From Mycobacterium sp. (GTDB taxonomy: Bacteria; Actinomycetota; Actinomycetes; Mycobacteriales; Mycobacteriaceae), in the NCBI GenBank assembly GCA_018883075.1, contig VEQU01000002.1, forward strand, positions 8,911 to 72,910: DNA of 64,000 bases, written 5' to 3'. The translations under genes were made by a program, and so were the position numbers. The notes beneath the pieces are model-generated. The model did no database searches. It was not told the DNA's origin and saw only the letters and a program-made list of their open reading frames with translations. This document shows positions 55,112 to 64,000 of this stretch, piece after piece; the stretch's first letter is position 1, and each line of letters begins with the position of its first letter.

Positions 55112-55659
55112 CAGCCGATCCGCCCGCCCCCGACGCGCCGCTGTTCAGCGAACCGGGCGCCAGCCTGGGCTGGCTGCTCGGTGGCCCCATCGCCGCCGCC
55201 GCCATGATCTTCGTTCAGGTCTCCAGCGGCGCCGGGTTCAACCCGGTGGTCCCGCTGGGACTGCTGGTGGTGCTGACCTTCGTCTTCGGCCTGCAGGTCA
55301 AGGCGGCGCGGATGCACACCAGCGTCGAACTCACCCGTGAGTACCTACGCCAGGGAGTCGAAACCATATTGCTGCGAGAGATCGTCTCGGTGTATCCGGA
55401 ATCCCCCGACAAACCCGCGTCAGGCCCGCTCGCCGGTGTGAGCACGCTGTCGCTGCTGCGGGGCCGCGTCGCGATCGATCCCGATGAGGCCAAGGGCTGG
55501 CAGTCTGCCCGTTCGCTGGGTGAGCTGAACGGTGTCCCCAAGGGGCGCAAGGGGATCGGGCTCAAGCTCACCAAAGGCCGCACCGCTCAGGCCTGGGCGC
55601 GCAATCACGAGGAATTGCGCCGGCTGCTGATACAGCTCGTCGAGGAGCGCGACGCGTGA
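55108..55659 (+). CDS. Membrane protein (Rv0513-like)
   Basis: LFSEPGAS, QVKAARMHTSVELT, LGELNGVPKGRKGIG, AQAWAR. Confidence 0.82.
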   Translation: MTADPPAPDAPLFSEPGASLGWLLGGPIAAAAMIFVQVSSGAGFNPVVPLGLLVVLTFVFGLQVKAARMHTSVELTREYLRQGVETILLREIVSVYPESPDKPASGPLAGVSTLSLLRGRVAIDPDEAKGWQSARSLGELNGVPKGRKGIGLKLTKGRTAQAWARNHEELRRLLIQLVEERDA

Positions 55660-55892
55660 GGCACGCCGTACAGCTTGTGCTGGCCCTCGCGGCGGCGGCC
55701 GGTGCGCTGCTGTGCTGGCAGCACATCACCAGCCTGGTCGACGTGGCGCCGGTGACCGAGGGCCAGCCCGCCACCGTCTCGGTTGTCTACGATCCGCCGC
55801 TGATGCTGCTGGTGTGGCTTCTGGCCGTCACCGCCGGTGTGCTGGCCGTACTCGGCGTGGCCGGGCTGCGCCGACGCCGCGCCCGCCCTTGA
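55656..55892 (+). CDS. Small membrane protein (Rv0514-like)
   Basis: VAPVTEGQPATVSVVYDPP between two TM helices. Confidence 0.8.
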   Translation: MRHAVQLVLALAAAAGALLCWQHITSLVDVAPVTEGQPATVSVVYDPPLMLLVWLLAVTAGVLAVLGVAGLRRRRARP

Positions 55893-55897
55893 TGGAA

Positions 55898-55917
55898 ATA
55901 CCCCCCAGGGGTATAGT
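55898..55917 (+). promoter_or_regulatory. CsoR/RicR-type copper operator overlapping -10 box
   Basis: ATACCCC-CCA-GGGGTAT (TACCC-N5-GGGTA); TATAGT at 55912-55917, 7 nt before the ATG at 55925. Confidence 0.82.
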
Positions 55918-55924
55918 CGGCGGC

Positions 55925-58084
55925 ATGACGGCAACGGATCTGCGGTTGCGCGGAATGAGTTGCGCATCGTGCGCGTCCCGGGTCGAACGCGAGCTCAATC
56001 AGCTCGACGGGGTGGTGGCCTCGGTCAACTTCGCGGTGGAGCAGGCGCATGTCGAGCACGACCCGTCGGTGACGCCGGCGCAACTGGTGGCCGCCGTGGA
56101 GTCGGCCGGCTACGGCGCCTCGGTCATCGACCACGGCGCGCACGGCGGCGACGGCGACAACCACGACCACATGCATGACGACGTCGGAACCGACCAGTTG
56201 CGGCTGCGGCTGATCGTCTCGGCACTGCTGGCTGTCCCGGTGATCGCGCTGTCGATGGTCATGGCATGGCAGTTCCCCGGTTGGCAGTGGCTGGCGCTGG
56301 CGTTGACCACCCCGATCGTGATGTGGGGCGGCTACCCGTTCCACCGGGCAGCACTCAACAGCGCCCGGCACGGCACCTCCACGATGGACACGCTGGTGTC
56401 GCTGGGCACGCTGGCCGCCTATCTGTGGTCGGCCACCGTGGTGATCACCGGAGCCGCCGGCCACGGCCACGACTCCGGCGCCGGTCACGTCTACTTCGAG
56501 GTGGCCGCCGCGGTCACGGTCTTCCTGCTGGCCGGCCGCTACGCGGAGGCCAAGGCCAAGCGGTCGGCCGGGGCGGCACTGCGCGCGCTGCTCTCGCTGG
56601 GCGCCAAGGACGCGACGGTGGTCCGCGACGGCCACGAGCACTTGATTGCCGTCGGCGAGCTCGCGGTGGGTGACGTCATCGTGGTGCGGCCCGGTGAGCG
56701 GGTGGCCACCGACGGCGTGGTGACCGAGGGTGCTTCCGCGCTCGACACCTCGGCCATGACCGGCGAGTCGGTCCCGGTGGACGTGGCGCCCGGCGATCCA
56801 GTGGTCGGCGGTTCGGTCAACACCTACGGCCGGATCATCATGCGGGCCAGCAAGGTTGGGGCGGACACCCAGCTTGCCCGGATGGCGAGGATGGTGTCCG
56901 ACGCGCAGGGCGGCAAGGCGTCGATCCAGCGGCTGGCCGATCGGGTGTCGGCGGTGTTCGTCCCGGTGGTCCTGGTGATCGCCGCGGTCACGCTGGCGGC
57001 GTGGCTGCTGACCGGACACTCCGCCGCGGCCGCCTTCACCGCCGCGGTCGCCGTGCTGATCATCGCCTGCCCATGCGCGCTGGGCCTGGCCACGCCCACG
57101 GCGATTCTTGTCGGCACCGGCCGCGGCGCCCAACTCGGAGTGCTCATCAAGACCCCGCAGGTGCTCGAGACCGTCGGCGCCGTCGACACCGTCGTCCTCG
57201 ACAAGACCGGAACCGTGACCACGGGAGTGATGAGCGTCGAGGACGTGGAGGCCGAACCGGGGGAGGACGCCGTCCGGGTGCTGGAACTGGCCGCCGCCCT
57301 CGAAGCGGCCTCCGAACATCCCGTCGCCGCGGCGATCGTGTCGCACGCCGCCAGTCGTGGTGTGCCGATCGGGGTGGTCGCCGATTTCGTCAGTGAACCG
57401 GGCGCCGGGGTGCGCGGCACCGTCGACGGTGTGGCGGTACGGGTGGAACGTGCGGCCGATTCAGACGGGCGCACCAGTGTCGCCGTCAGCTCCGGCGGCC
57501 GGAGGCGCGGAGTGATCCGGCTGGCCGACACGGTCAAGCCCACCAGTGCTGAGGCGATCGCCGAACTGAAGGCGATGGGCCTGACACCGGTGTTGCTCAC
57601 CGGAGACAACGCGAGCGTGGCCCGGCGAGTGGCCGGCGAGGTGGGCATCGCAGCGGATGACGTCATCGCCGGTGTGCTGCCGTCTCAGAAGGCCGACGCC
57701 ATCGCTGCGCTGCAGGCCGCCGGGCACCGGGTGGCGATGGTGGGCGACGGCGTCAACGACTCGGTGGCGCTGGCGACCGCCGATATCGGGATGGCGATGG
57801 GCACCGGCACCGATGCGGCCATCGAAGCCGGGGACATCACCCTGGTGCGGGGCGATCTGCGGACGGTGCCCACCGCTCTGCGGCTCTCGGCCCGCACATT
57901 GCGGATCATCAAGCAGAACCTGTTCTGGGCGTTCGGCTACAACGCCGCCGCCATTCCGCTTGCCGCGCTCGGCCTGCTGAACCCGATGATCGCCGGGGCC
58001 GCGATGGCGGCGAGTTCGGTTCTGGTGGTGACCAACAGCCTGCGGCTGCGGCGTTTCGGCGCAGAGGGCACACTGGCGGGGTGA
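55925..58084 (+). CDS. Cu(I)-translocating P1B-type ATPase
   Basis: HMA GMSCASC, His-rich linker, TGES, CPC, DKTGT, SEHP, GDGVND, TM YN and MAASS. Confidence 0.93.
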   Translation: MTATDLRLRGMSCASCASRVERELNQLDGVVASVNFAVEQAHVEHDPSVTPAQLVAAVESAGYGASVIDHGAHGGDGDNHDHMHDDVGTDQLRLRLIVSALLAVPVIALSMVMAWQFPGWQWLALALTTPIVMWGGYPFHRAALNSARHGTSTMDTLVSLGTLAAYLWSATVVITGAAGHGHDSGAGHVYFEVAAAVTVFLLAGRYAEAKAKRSAGAALRALLSLGAKDATVVRDGHEHLIAVGELAVGDVIVVRPGERVATDGVVTEGASALDTSAMTGESVPVDVAPGDPVVGGSVNTYGRIIMRASKVGADTQLARMARMVSDAQGGKASIQRLADRVSAVFVPVVLVIAAVTLAAWLLTGHSAAAAFTAAVAVLIIACPCALGLATPTAILVGTGRGAQLGVLIKTPQVLETVGAVDTVVLDKTGTVTTGVMSVEDVEAEPGEDAVRVLELAAALEAASEHPVAAAIVSHAASRGVPIGVVADFVSEPGAGVRGTVDGVAVRVERAADSDGRTSVAVSSGGRRRGVIRLADTVKPTSAEAIAELKAMGLTPVLLTGDNASVARRVAGEVGIAADDVIAGVLPSQKADAIAALQAAGHRVAMVGDGVNDSVALATADIGMAMGTGTDAAIEAGDITLVRGDLRTVPTALRLSARTLRIIKQNLFWAFGYNAAAIPLAALGLLNPMIAGAAMAASSVLVVTNSLRLRRFGAEGTLAG

Positions 58085-58923
58085 TCGTGCGCCCGGCGCT
58101 GCTGCTTGCCGCCCTGCTGTCGCTCTGCGCGGCGCCGCCCGCCGCCGCAGTACCCGTGGATCCGCCCGGCGTGCTCACCTTCGGCAACCTGGCGCGCACC
58201 TATCTGTTGCACGTTCCGCCCGGCCTGCCGCCGGCCGGGCTGGTGATCAACCTGCACGGCGCCGGGATGACCGGCGCCCAGCAGGCCGCGCTCACCAATT
58301 ACAACGCGGTGGCCGACCGGTTCGGCTTCGCGGTGGCCTACCCCGACGGGATTGACCTCAGCTGGGCCGACGGCAGGGGCGCCTCGATCCCCGACCGCCA
58401 GCGAGTGGACGATGTCGGTTTCCTCGCCGCGCTCATCGAGCGGCTCACCCGCGAACTCGCCGTCCCGTCCGGCCGGGTTTTCGTCACCGGGATGTCGGCG
58501 GGCGGATTCATGGCCAACCGGCTCGCGTGCGACCGCGCCGATCTGGTGTCGGCCGTCGCGCCGGTGGCCGGCACGCTGGGCACCGGCGTCGGCTGCGCGC
58601 CGTCGCGGCCGGTGTCGGTGCTGGCCATCCACGGCACCGCCGATGCGGTGGTGCCCTACGGCGGCGGCCCGATGGTGGGACGCGGCGGGCCCAGTGACGT
58701 GCTGTCCGCTCCGGCCCTCGCGCAGCGCTGGCAACAGGCCGACGGCTGCCCGGCCCCGTCGGTCGACCAGCCCGGCCCGGTCGGGGTGCAGCGCACCGCC
58801 GCGACCGGTTGCGCCGGCGGCACCGAGGTGGTTCTGCTCAGCATCGACGGCGGCTCGCACATCTGGCCGTCGGCACTGGACGCCTCGGTGGCCAGTGCGC
58901 AGTTCTTCGCGGCGCGACCCTAG
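58081..58923 (+). CDS. Secreted PHB depolymerase-family esterase (LpqP/LpqC-like)
   Basis: Signal peptide, LHGAG, VDDVGF, GMSAGG nucleophile, HGTAD, GGSHIWP. Confidence 0.87.
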   Translation: MIVRPALLLAALLSLCAAPPAAAVPVDPPGVLTFGNLARTYLLHVPPGLPPAGLVINLHGAGMTGAQQAALTNYNAVADRFGFAVAYPDGIDLSWADGRGASIPDRQRVDDVGFLAALIERLTRELAVPSGRVFVTGMSAGGFMANRLACDRADLVSAVAPVAGTLGTGVGCAPSRPVSVLAIHGTADAVVPYGGGPMVGRGGPSDVLSAPALAQRWQQADGCPAPSVDQPGPVGVQRTAATGCAGGTEVVLLSIDGGSHIWPSALDASVASAQFFAARP

Positions 58924-59480
58924 CCCGGCGGTTGATCCAGGCGCAGCGTCAGCCGCCTGCCGTCCCGGTCGGACTCGACGACGTCCGGACAGCGCCGCCG
59001 CAACTCGCTCATCAGCCGCTGACGCAGGGTGTGCCCGGACGCCGGGCAGTGCTCGCACGCGCCGCCGAGTTCCACGACGACGGTGTCGTCGGCGTCGCGC
59101 GAGACGCGGGCCGCGCCGCCGTGCGAGTCGATGAAATCTCCCACCGAACCGTCCAGTACGTCGCGGGTCACCAACGCCAGCACCTCACCGGGTGCCCGCT
59201 CGATCCGCCAGCCGCCCGGGTCGGCCAGCGCCTCACGCAGCGCGGCGTGCACGGCCGGTCCGTGAGCGGTCCATGACTCGCCATCGCGCAGCCACAGCCA
59301 CAGCGCGGTGTGCTCCACCGCACCGGCGGTCAGCCTGCCCTCGGCCAGCATCACGCCGAGCGCACCCGGAGCCCGCCGCACCACGCCGACCGGCAGGATC
59401 CCGGCGGGCATCACCCAGCGCACGGCGCGCGGATCGTTCGTCCGCTCGGCGTGCAGTCCGATCATCGCGGTGGCCATCAC
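58920..59480 (-). CDS. NifU/Nfu C-terminal domain protein
   Basis: FIDSHGG...ELGGACEHCPASGHTL Nfu CxxC signature; start overlaps feoB stop. Confidence 0.82.
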   Translation of the reverse strand: MMATAMIGLHAERTNDPRAVRWVMPAGILPVGVVRRAPGALGVMLAEGRLTAGAVEHTALWLWLRDGESWTAHGPAVHAALREALADPGGWRIERAPGEVLALVTRDVLDGSVGDFIDSHGGAARVSRDADDTVVVELGGACEHCPASGHTLRQRLMSELRRRCPDVVESDRDGRRLTLRLDQPPG

Positions 59481-61450
59481 AGCAGCGCGGCCGTTGCGGT
59501 CTTCGCCAACCAGGCCATCGACCACGCGAGGACGAACATGTAGCCGAACGCGATCGCCGGCCAGCGCCACGACCCGCTCTCGCGGCGCATCACCGCGACC
59601 GTCGACATGCACTGCAGGGCGTACATGAAGAACACCAGCAGCGCGGCGATGGTCGGCGCGTCGAAGAGCACGCGCCCAGCTTGCGGGCCGTCCTGCACCG
59701 TCATCTCCCGCAATGCCTGCGATGGATCCTCCGGATCCTCGGCGGCTGCCACCTGGCCCAGGGTGGCGACGAACACCTCGCGGGCGGCCAGGGAGGACAG
59801 GATGCCGATGTTGATCCGCCAGTCGAAGCCCAATGGTTCGAAGATCGGCTCGACGGCCCTGCCGATCGAGGCGGCGTAGGAATGGTCGATCACGTAGGCG
59901 GCGACGGCGGCGTCGTCTCCGGTGTCGATACCCGATGCCGCCATCTCGGCCTCACCGTGCAGGGGGAGGTTCAGCAGCGCCCACAGCACCACGGTGGTGG
60001 CCAGAATGATGGAGGTGACCTTCCGCAGGAACGCCGATGCGGCCGTCCACACCTCGGCCGCAACGGTTTTCGGCCGCGGCACCTGATAGGGCGGTATCTC
60101 CATGTAGAACGGCAGCAGCGCCTCACCGCGGGAGGCGAATTTCTTGAATACCGCGGCGGCCGCCATCGCCGACAGCGCGCCGAAGAAGTACAGCGCGAAC
60201 ATCACCACCCCGCGGGCGTTGAACACCCCGATCCGGGCGTCCGCCGGCAGCAGCAGGCTCACCAGCAGGATGTAGACCGGCAGCCGTGCCGAGCAGGTCA
60301 TCAATGGGGCGCCCATCATGGTGGCCAGCCGGTCTCTCGCCGATGGCAGCGACCGGGTCGCCATGATCCCCGGGATGGCACAGGCGAATGAACTGAGCAG
60401 CGCCACGAACGCGCGGCCCTCCAGCCCGGCGCGGGCCATCACCCGGTCCATCAGGAACGCAGCACGCGCCAGATACCCGGTGCCCTCCAGGATGGCGATG
60501 AGTAGGAACAGCAGCGCGATCTGCGGGACGAACACCAGCACGCCGCCGATACCGCCGATCACGGCCTGCGACAGAAACGCCGACAGCCAGCCGATGTGCA
60601 CATGCGCGGCCACCAGGCCGCCGAGCCAGCCGAAGAATGTCTCGACGTAGTCCTGCAGCGGTGCGGCCACGGAGAAGATGGTCTGGAAGAACACGAACAT
60701 GGTCAGCAGGAAGATCAGCGTGCCGGCCACCGGATGAAGCACCACCGAGTCGATCAGGTGGGTGCGCTTGTCCACCGCGGGCAGTTCGTAGCCTGACGAT
60801 CCCAGCACCGAGTCCACCCATGCGGTGACCTCCGCCGGATCAGTCGGCGGGGGCACCACCGGGCGGGTCCAGGTGTCCAGTCGCGCCATCACGTGCCGCA
60901 GGTCGGCGAGGCCGTCACGGTGCCCGGCGACCACCGTGACCACCGGTACGCCGAGTGCGCGGGTGAACGCCGCCACGTCGAGCCGGCCGCCGCGGCGGGA
61001 CAGATCGTCGGTGAAGGTCAGCACGACGCAGACCGGCAGGCCGGTCTGTTGCAACTGGGCCAGCAGACCCAGCGACCGGCGCAGGGTGGTGGAGTTCAGC
61101 GTCACCAGCATCGCGTCGGGCACATCGACGGCGCTGTTGTGGTGGCCGGTATCGAGGACGTCGACGACGATCTGCTCGTCGGGGCTGATCGGATCCAGAC
61201 TGTAGGTGCCCGGCAGATCCTCGACGACGACCCCACGGTTGTCGCTGAGCCGGGTGCGGCCCTCGTAGCGGGCGACGGTGACACCGGGATAGTTGCCGGT
61301 CTTGGCGTGCAATCCGGTGAGGGCGTTGAACAGCGTGGTCTTTCCGGAGTTGGGGCTGCCGACGACGGCGAAGCGGGTCAGACCGGCGTTGGCCGTACCG
61401 AGTCCGCCGCCACCACCGCCTCCACCGTGGTGGCGACGCGCGCCGCTCAC
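59477..61450 (-). CDS. feoB: Ferrous iron transporter FeoB
   Basis: G1 GSPNSGKTT, GNYPGVTV, G3 DLPGTYS, gate motifs GYLARAAFLMDR, SFACAIP, TCSARLP, AREV. Confidence 0.95.
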   Translation of the reverse strand: MSGARRHHGGGGGGGGLGTANAGLTRFAVVGSPNSGKTTLFNALTGLHAKTGNYPGVTVARYEGRTRLSDNRGVVVEDLPGTYSLDPISPDEQIVVDVLDTGHHNSAVDVPDAMLVTLNSTTLRRSLGLLAQLQQTGLPVCVVLTFTDDLSRRGGRLDVAAFTRALGVPVVTVVAGHRDGLADLRHVMARLDTWTRPVVPPPTDPAEVTAWVDSVLGSSGYELPAVDKRTHLIDSVVLHPVAGTLIFLLTMFVFFQTIFSVAAPLQDYVETFFGWLGGLVAAHVHIGWLSAFLSQAVIGGIGGVLVFVPQIALLFLLIAILEGTGYLARAAFLMDRVMARAGLEGRAFVALLSSFACAIPGIMATRSLPSARDRLATMMGAPLMTCSARLPVYILLVSLLLPADARIGVFNARGVVMFALYFFGALSAMAAAAVFKKFASRGEALLPFYMEIPPYQVPRPKTVAAEVWTAASAFLRKVTSIILATTVVLWALLNLPLHGEAEMAASGIDTGDDAAVAAYVIDHSYAASIGRAVEPIFEPLGFDWRINIGILSSLAAREVFVATLGQVAAAEDPEDPSQALREMTVQDGPQAGRVLFDAPTIAALLVFFMYALQCMSTVAVMRRESGSWRWPAIAFGYMFVLAWSMAWLAKTATAALL

Positions 61451-61758
61451 GACACCCGGTCCACGAGGATCGCCCGCGACTGCTCACCGCGCAGCGCGAT
61501 CTCGTAGTCGCCGACCCGGTAGATCACCGGGTCGCCCAGGGGGGCGCGGCGCACCATCTCCACCACCACGCCGGGTGCCAGGCCGAGGTCGAACAGTCGT
61601 CGCACCGCACTGCCCTCGACGGCACCGCCGTAGCCGACCACCCGGGCTCGCTGGCCGCGCGTGAGACCGGCCAGCGTCAGCCCGGCGCTATCCCCGGCAT
61701 CGTCGGGGACGCCCGCGCGAAGCTGGCGCTCCCGCATCCGGTCGGAGACGAAGGACAT
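61447..61758 (-). CDS. feoA: Ferrous iron transport protein FeoA
   Basis: RRLFDLGLAPG...RAPLGDPVIYRVGDYEIALR. Confidence 0.93.
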   Translation of the reverse strand: MSFVSDRMRERQLRAGVPDDAGDSAGLTLAGLTRGQRARVVGYGGAVEGSAVRRLFDLGLAPGVVVEMVRRAPLGDPVIYRVGDYEIALRGEQSRAILVDRVS

Positions 61759-61763
61759 GAAAG

Positions 61764-61782
61764 TTAGGGTAGCGTAACCAAT
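61764..61782. promoter_or_regulatory. IdeR/DtxR iron box over feoA promoter
   Basis: TTAGGGTAGCGTAACCAAT, 15/19 match to TWAGGTWAGSCTWACCTWA; contains the minus-strand TACCCT -10 hexamer 7 nt before the feoA ATG. Confidence 0.78.
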
Positions 61783-61868
61783 CCTGACCTGTCCTGCCGC
61801 GCCGACCAGGTTGGGACCTTTGTCACTACCCTGCGGGGGCGCCGGAGACGGCTGGAACACTGGCAGGC

Positions 61869-63173
61869 ATGACCGAACAGGTGCGCGCCTCGGCGAAGCT
61901 GTTCGAGGAGGCCGCGGCGGTGATCCCGGGCGGGGTCAACTCGCCGGTGCGGGCATTCAGCGCCGTCGGCGGCACGCCCCGCTTCATCACCTCCGCGCGT
62001 GGCTGCTGGCTCACCGACGCCGACGGCAACCGCTACGTCGACCTGGTCTGCTCGTGGGGGCCGATGCTGCTCGGGCACGCCCATCCGGCGGTCGTCGAGG
62101 CCGTCAGCCGAACCGCGGCCGACGGGCTGTCGTTCGGCGCACCGACGCCAGGTGAGACCGACCTGGCCGCCGAGATCGTCGCCCGCGTCGCCCCCGTGGA
62201 GCTGGTGCGGCTGGTCAACTCCGGCACTGAGGCCACCATGAGCGCGGTGCGGCTGGCCCGCGGTTTCACCGGCCGGGCCAAGATCGTCAAATTCTCCGGC
62301 TGCTACCACGGCCACGTCGACGCGCTGCTGGCCGACGCCGGTTCCGGCGTGGCGACCCTCGGCCTGCCGTCCTCGCCAGGCGTCACCGGGGCCAGCGCGG
62401 CCGACACGATCGTGTTGGCATACAACGACATCGCCGCCGTGGAGGAGACCTTCGCTCGCTTCGGCGACTCCATCGCCGCCGTCATCACCGAGGCCTGCCC
62501 GGGCAACATGGGTGCCGTCGCGCCGCTGCCGGGATACAACGCCGCGCTGCGCCGCATCACCGAACGGCACGGCGCGCTGCTGATCGTCGACGAGGTGATG
62601 ACGGGCTTCCGGATCAGCCGGTCCGGTTGGTACGGAATCGATCCCGTCGACGCCGACCTGTTCACCTTCGGCAAGGTGATGAGCGGCGGACTGCCCGCGG
62701 CGGCCTTCGGCGGCCGCGCCGAGGTGATGCGCCGCCTCGCTCCGCTCGGACCCGTTTACCAGGCGGGCACGCTGTCCGGGAACCCCGTGGCGGTGGCCGC
62801 CGGTCTGGCCACCCTGCGGCACTGCGACGACGACGTCTACGCGACTCTCGACGCCAACGCCGACCGGTTGGCCGGTCTGCTCTCCGACGCGCTCACCGCC
62901 GCCGGGGTGGTCCATCAGATCGCCCGCGGCGGAAGCTTCCTGTCGGTGTTCTTCGCCGCGGAGGAGGTCACCGACTTCGCCTCGGCGAAGGCGAGTCAGA
63001 CGTGGCGGTTCCCGCCGTTCTTCCACGCCCTGCTCGACGGCGGGGTGTACGCGCCGCCCAGCGCCTTCGAAACATGGTTCGTCTCAGCGGCTCTCGACGA
63101 CGAGGCGTTCGCGCGCATCGCCGATGCGCTTCCGGCGGCGGCCCGTGCGGCGGCGGAAGCGAGCAAGCCGTGA
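61869..63173 (+). CDS. hemL: Glutamate-1-semialdehyde 2,1-aminomutase
   Basis: [40 protein letters not shown]. Confidence 0.98.
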   Translation: MTEQVRASAKLFEEAAAVIPGGVNSPVRAFSAVGGTPRFITSARGCWLTDADGNRYVDLVCSWGPMLLGHAHPAVVEAVSRTAADGLSFGAPTPGETDLAAEIVARVAPVELVRLVNSGTEATMSAVRLARGFTGRAKIVKFSGCYHGHVDALLADAGSGVATLGLPSSPGVTGASAADTIVLAYNDIAAVEETFARFGDSIAAVITEACPGNMGAVAPLPGYNAALRRITERHGALLIVDEVMTGFRISRSGWYGIDPVDADLFTFGKVMSGGLPAAAFGGRAEVMRRLAPLGPVYQAGTLSGNPVAVAAGLATLRHCDDDVYATLDANADRLAGLLSDALTAAGVVHQIARGGSFLSVFFAAEEVTDFASAKASQTWRFPPFFHALLDGGVYAPPSAFETWFVSAALDDEAFARIADALPAAARAAAEASKP

Positions 63174-63805
63174 GCCGCCGGCCCGGTGCCGGCAGCCGGA
63201 CCATCGTGCACGTGATGCGTCACGGCGAGGTGCATAACCCCGACGGCATCCTCTACGGACGGCTTCCCGACTACCACCTCTCCGAGCGCGGCCAAGCGCA
63301 GGCCGAGGCCGTCGCGGATTGGCTGGCGCTGCGCGACATCGTCTACGTGGTGGCCTCTCCGCTGGAGCGTGCCCAGGAGACCGCGGCCCCGATCGCCCTG
63401 CGGCACGGTCTGGCGGTCGACGTCGACGAATCGCTGATCGAGTCGCACAACGTCTTCCAGGGTGAGAAGGTCTCGCCCGGAGACGGCGCGCTGCGCGATC
63501 CGCGCAACTGGTGGCATCTGCGCAACCCCCGCCTTCCCACCTGGGGGGAGCCCTACGCGGAGGTCGCGGTGCGGATGCGCGCTGCCGTCGAGCGGGCACG
63601 GATCAAGGCTGCCGGGCACGAGGCGGTCTGCGTCAGTCATCAGCTGCCGGTCGAAACGCTGCGCCGCGCGATGAATTCCGATCCGCTGCACCACTTCCCG
63701 ACCCGCAGGATGTGCAACCTTGCGTCGGTGACGTCGTTCTACTTCGCCGGAGACGGCGGGGATGAGTACGTCGGGTGGGGATACGCGGAGCTAGCCGGAC
63801 GGTGA
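63170..63805 (+). CDS. Histidine phosphatase family protein (Rv0525-like)
   Basis: [25 protein letters not shown]; GTGA overlap with hemL. Confidence 0.9.
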   Translation: MSRRPGAGSRTIVHVMRHGEVHNPDGILYGRLPDYHLSERGQAQAEAVADWLALRDIVYVVASPLERAQETAAPIALRHGLAVDVDESLIESHNVFQGEKVSPGDGALRDPRNWWHLRNPRLPTWGEPYAEVAVRMRAAVERARIKAAGHEAVCVSHQLPVETLRRAMNSDPLHHFPTRRMCNLASVTSFYFAGDGGDEYVGWGYAELAGR

Positions 63806-64000
63806 AAAGGCTCGCGACCCTCACGCTGCTGGTGGCCGCACTGCTCGCCGGGTGCTCCACCGGGGACGACGCCGTCGCCCAGGGCGGCACCTTCGAGTTC
63901 GTCGCCCCCGGCGGAAAGACCGACATCACCTACGACCCGCCCGCCAGCCGCGGCAAGCCCGGCCCGCTGTCCGGTCCGGATCTGATGGACACCTCCAAGA
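63802..64000 (+). CDS. TlpA thioredoxin-like lipoprotein (Rv0526-like), truncated by window end
   Basis: My translation [42 protein letters not shown]; lipobox LAGC. Confidence 0.85.
   Translation, partial: MKRLATLTLLVAALLAGCSTGDDAVAQGGTFEFVAPGGKTDITYDPPASRGKPGPLSGPDLMDTSK

Overview
High-GC actinobacterial DNA, almost certainly a mycobacterium (rapid-grower/Mycolicibacterium-like). It is the core-genome block syntenic with M. tuberculosis ~Rv0435c-Rv0526 (Rv equivalents given from recalled sequence and gene order, not from a search): pssA-psd-moeA, groEL2 with two CIRCE boxes, lpdC, icl1-fadB2-umaA, hbhA, murB, mshA, gpm1, senX3-regX3, ppx1, proC, bS22, hemA-C-D-B and hemL. Two accessory inserts stand out. 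(1) A two-gene cassette at 4227-6626 encodes a CapB/PgsB-like Mur-family amide ligase and a membrane protein made of two tandem CapC/PgsC-like halves, with no CapA/D/E nearby; it is a candidate minimal poly-gamma-glutamate-type synthase. (2) A metal islet between hemB and hemL holds a Cu(I) P1B-ATPase under a CsoR/RicR-type operator and a feoA-feoB-nfu operon under an IdeR box. Several genes normally found in this block are missing at their usual positions (ramB, lprQ/ldtC, the ROK regulator Rv0485, deoC, Rv0458). There is also a 52-bp MIRU-like tandem repeat folding into a symmetric G.A-rich hairpin and a large repeat-expanded acidic tract in the Rv0497 orthologue. No rRNA, tRNA, CRISPR array, transposase or prophage was seen.
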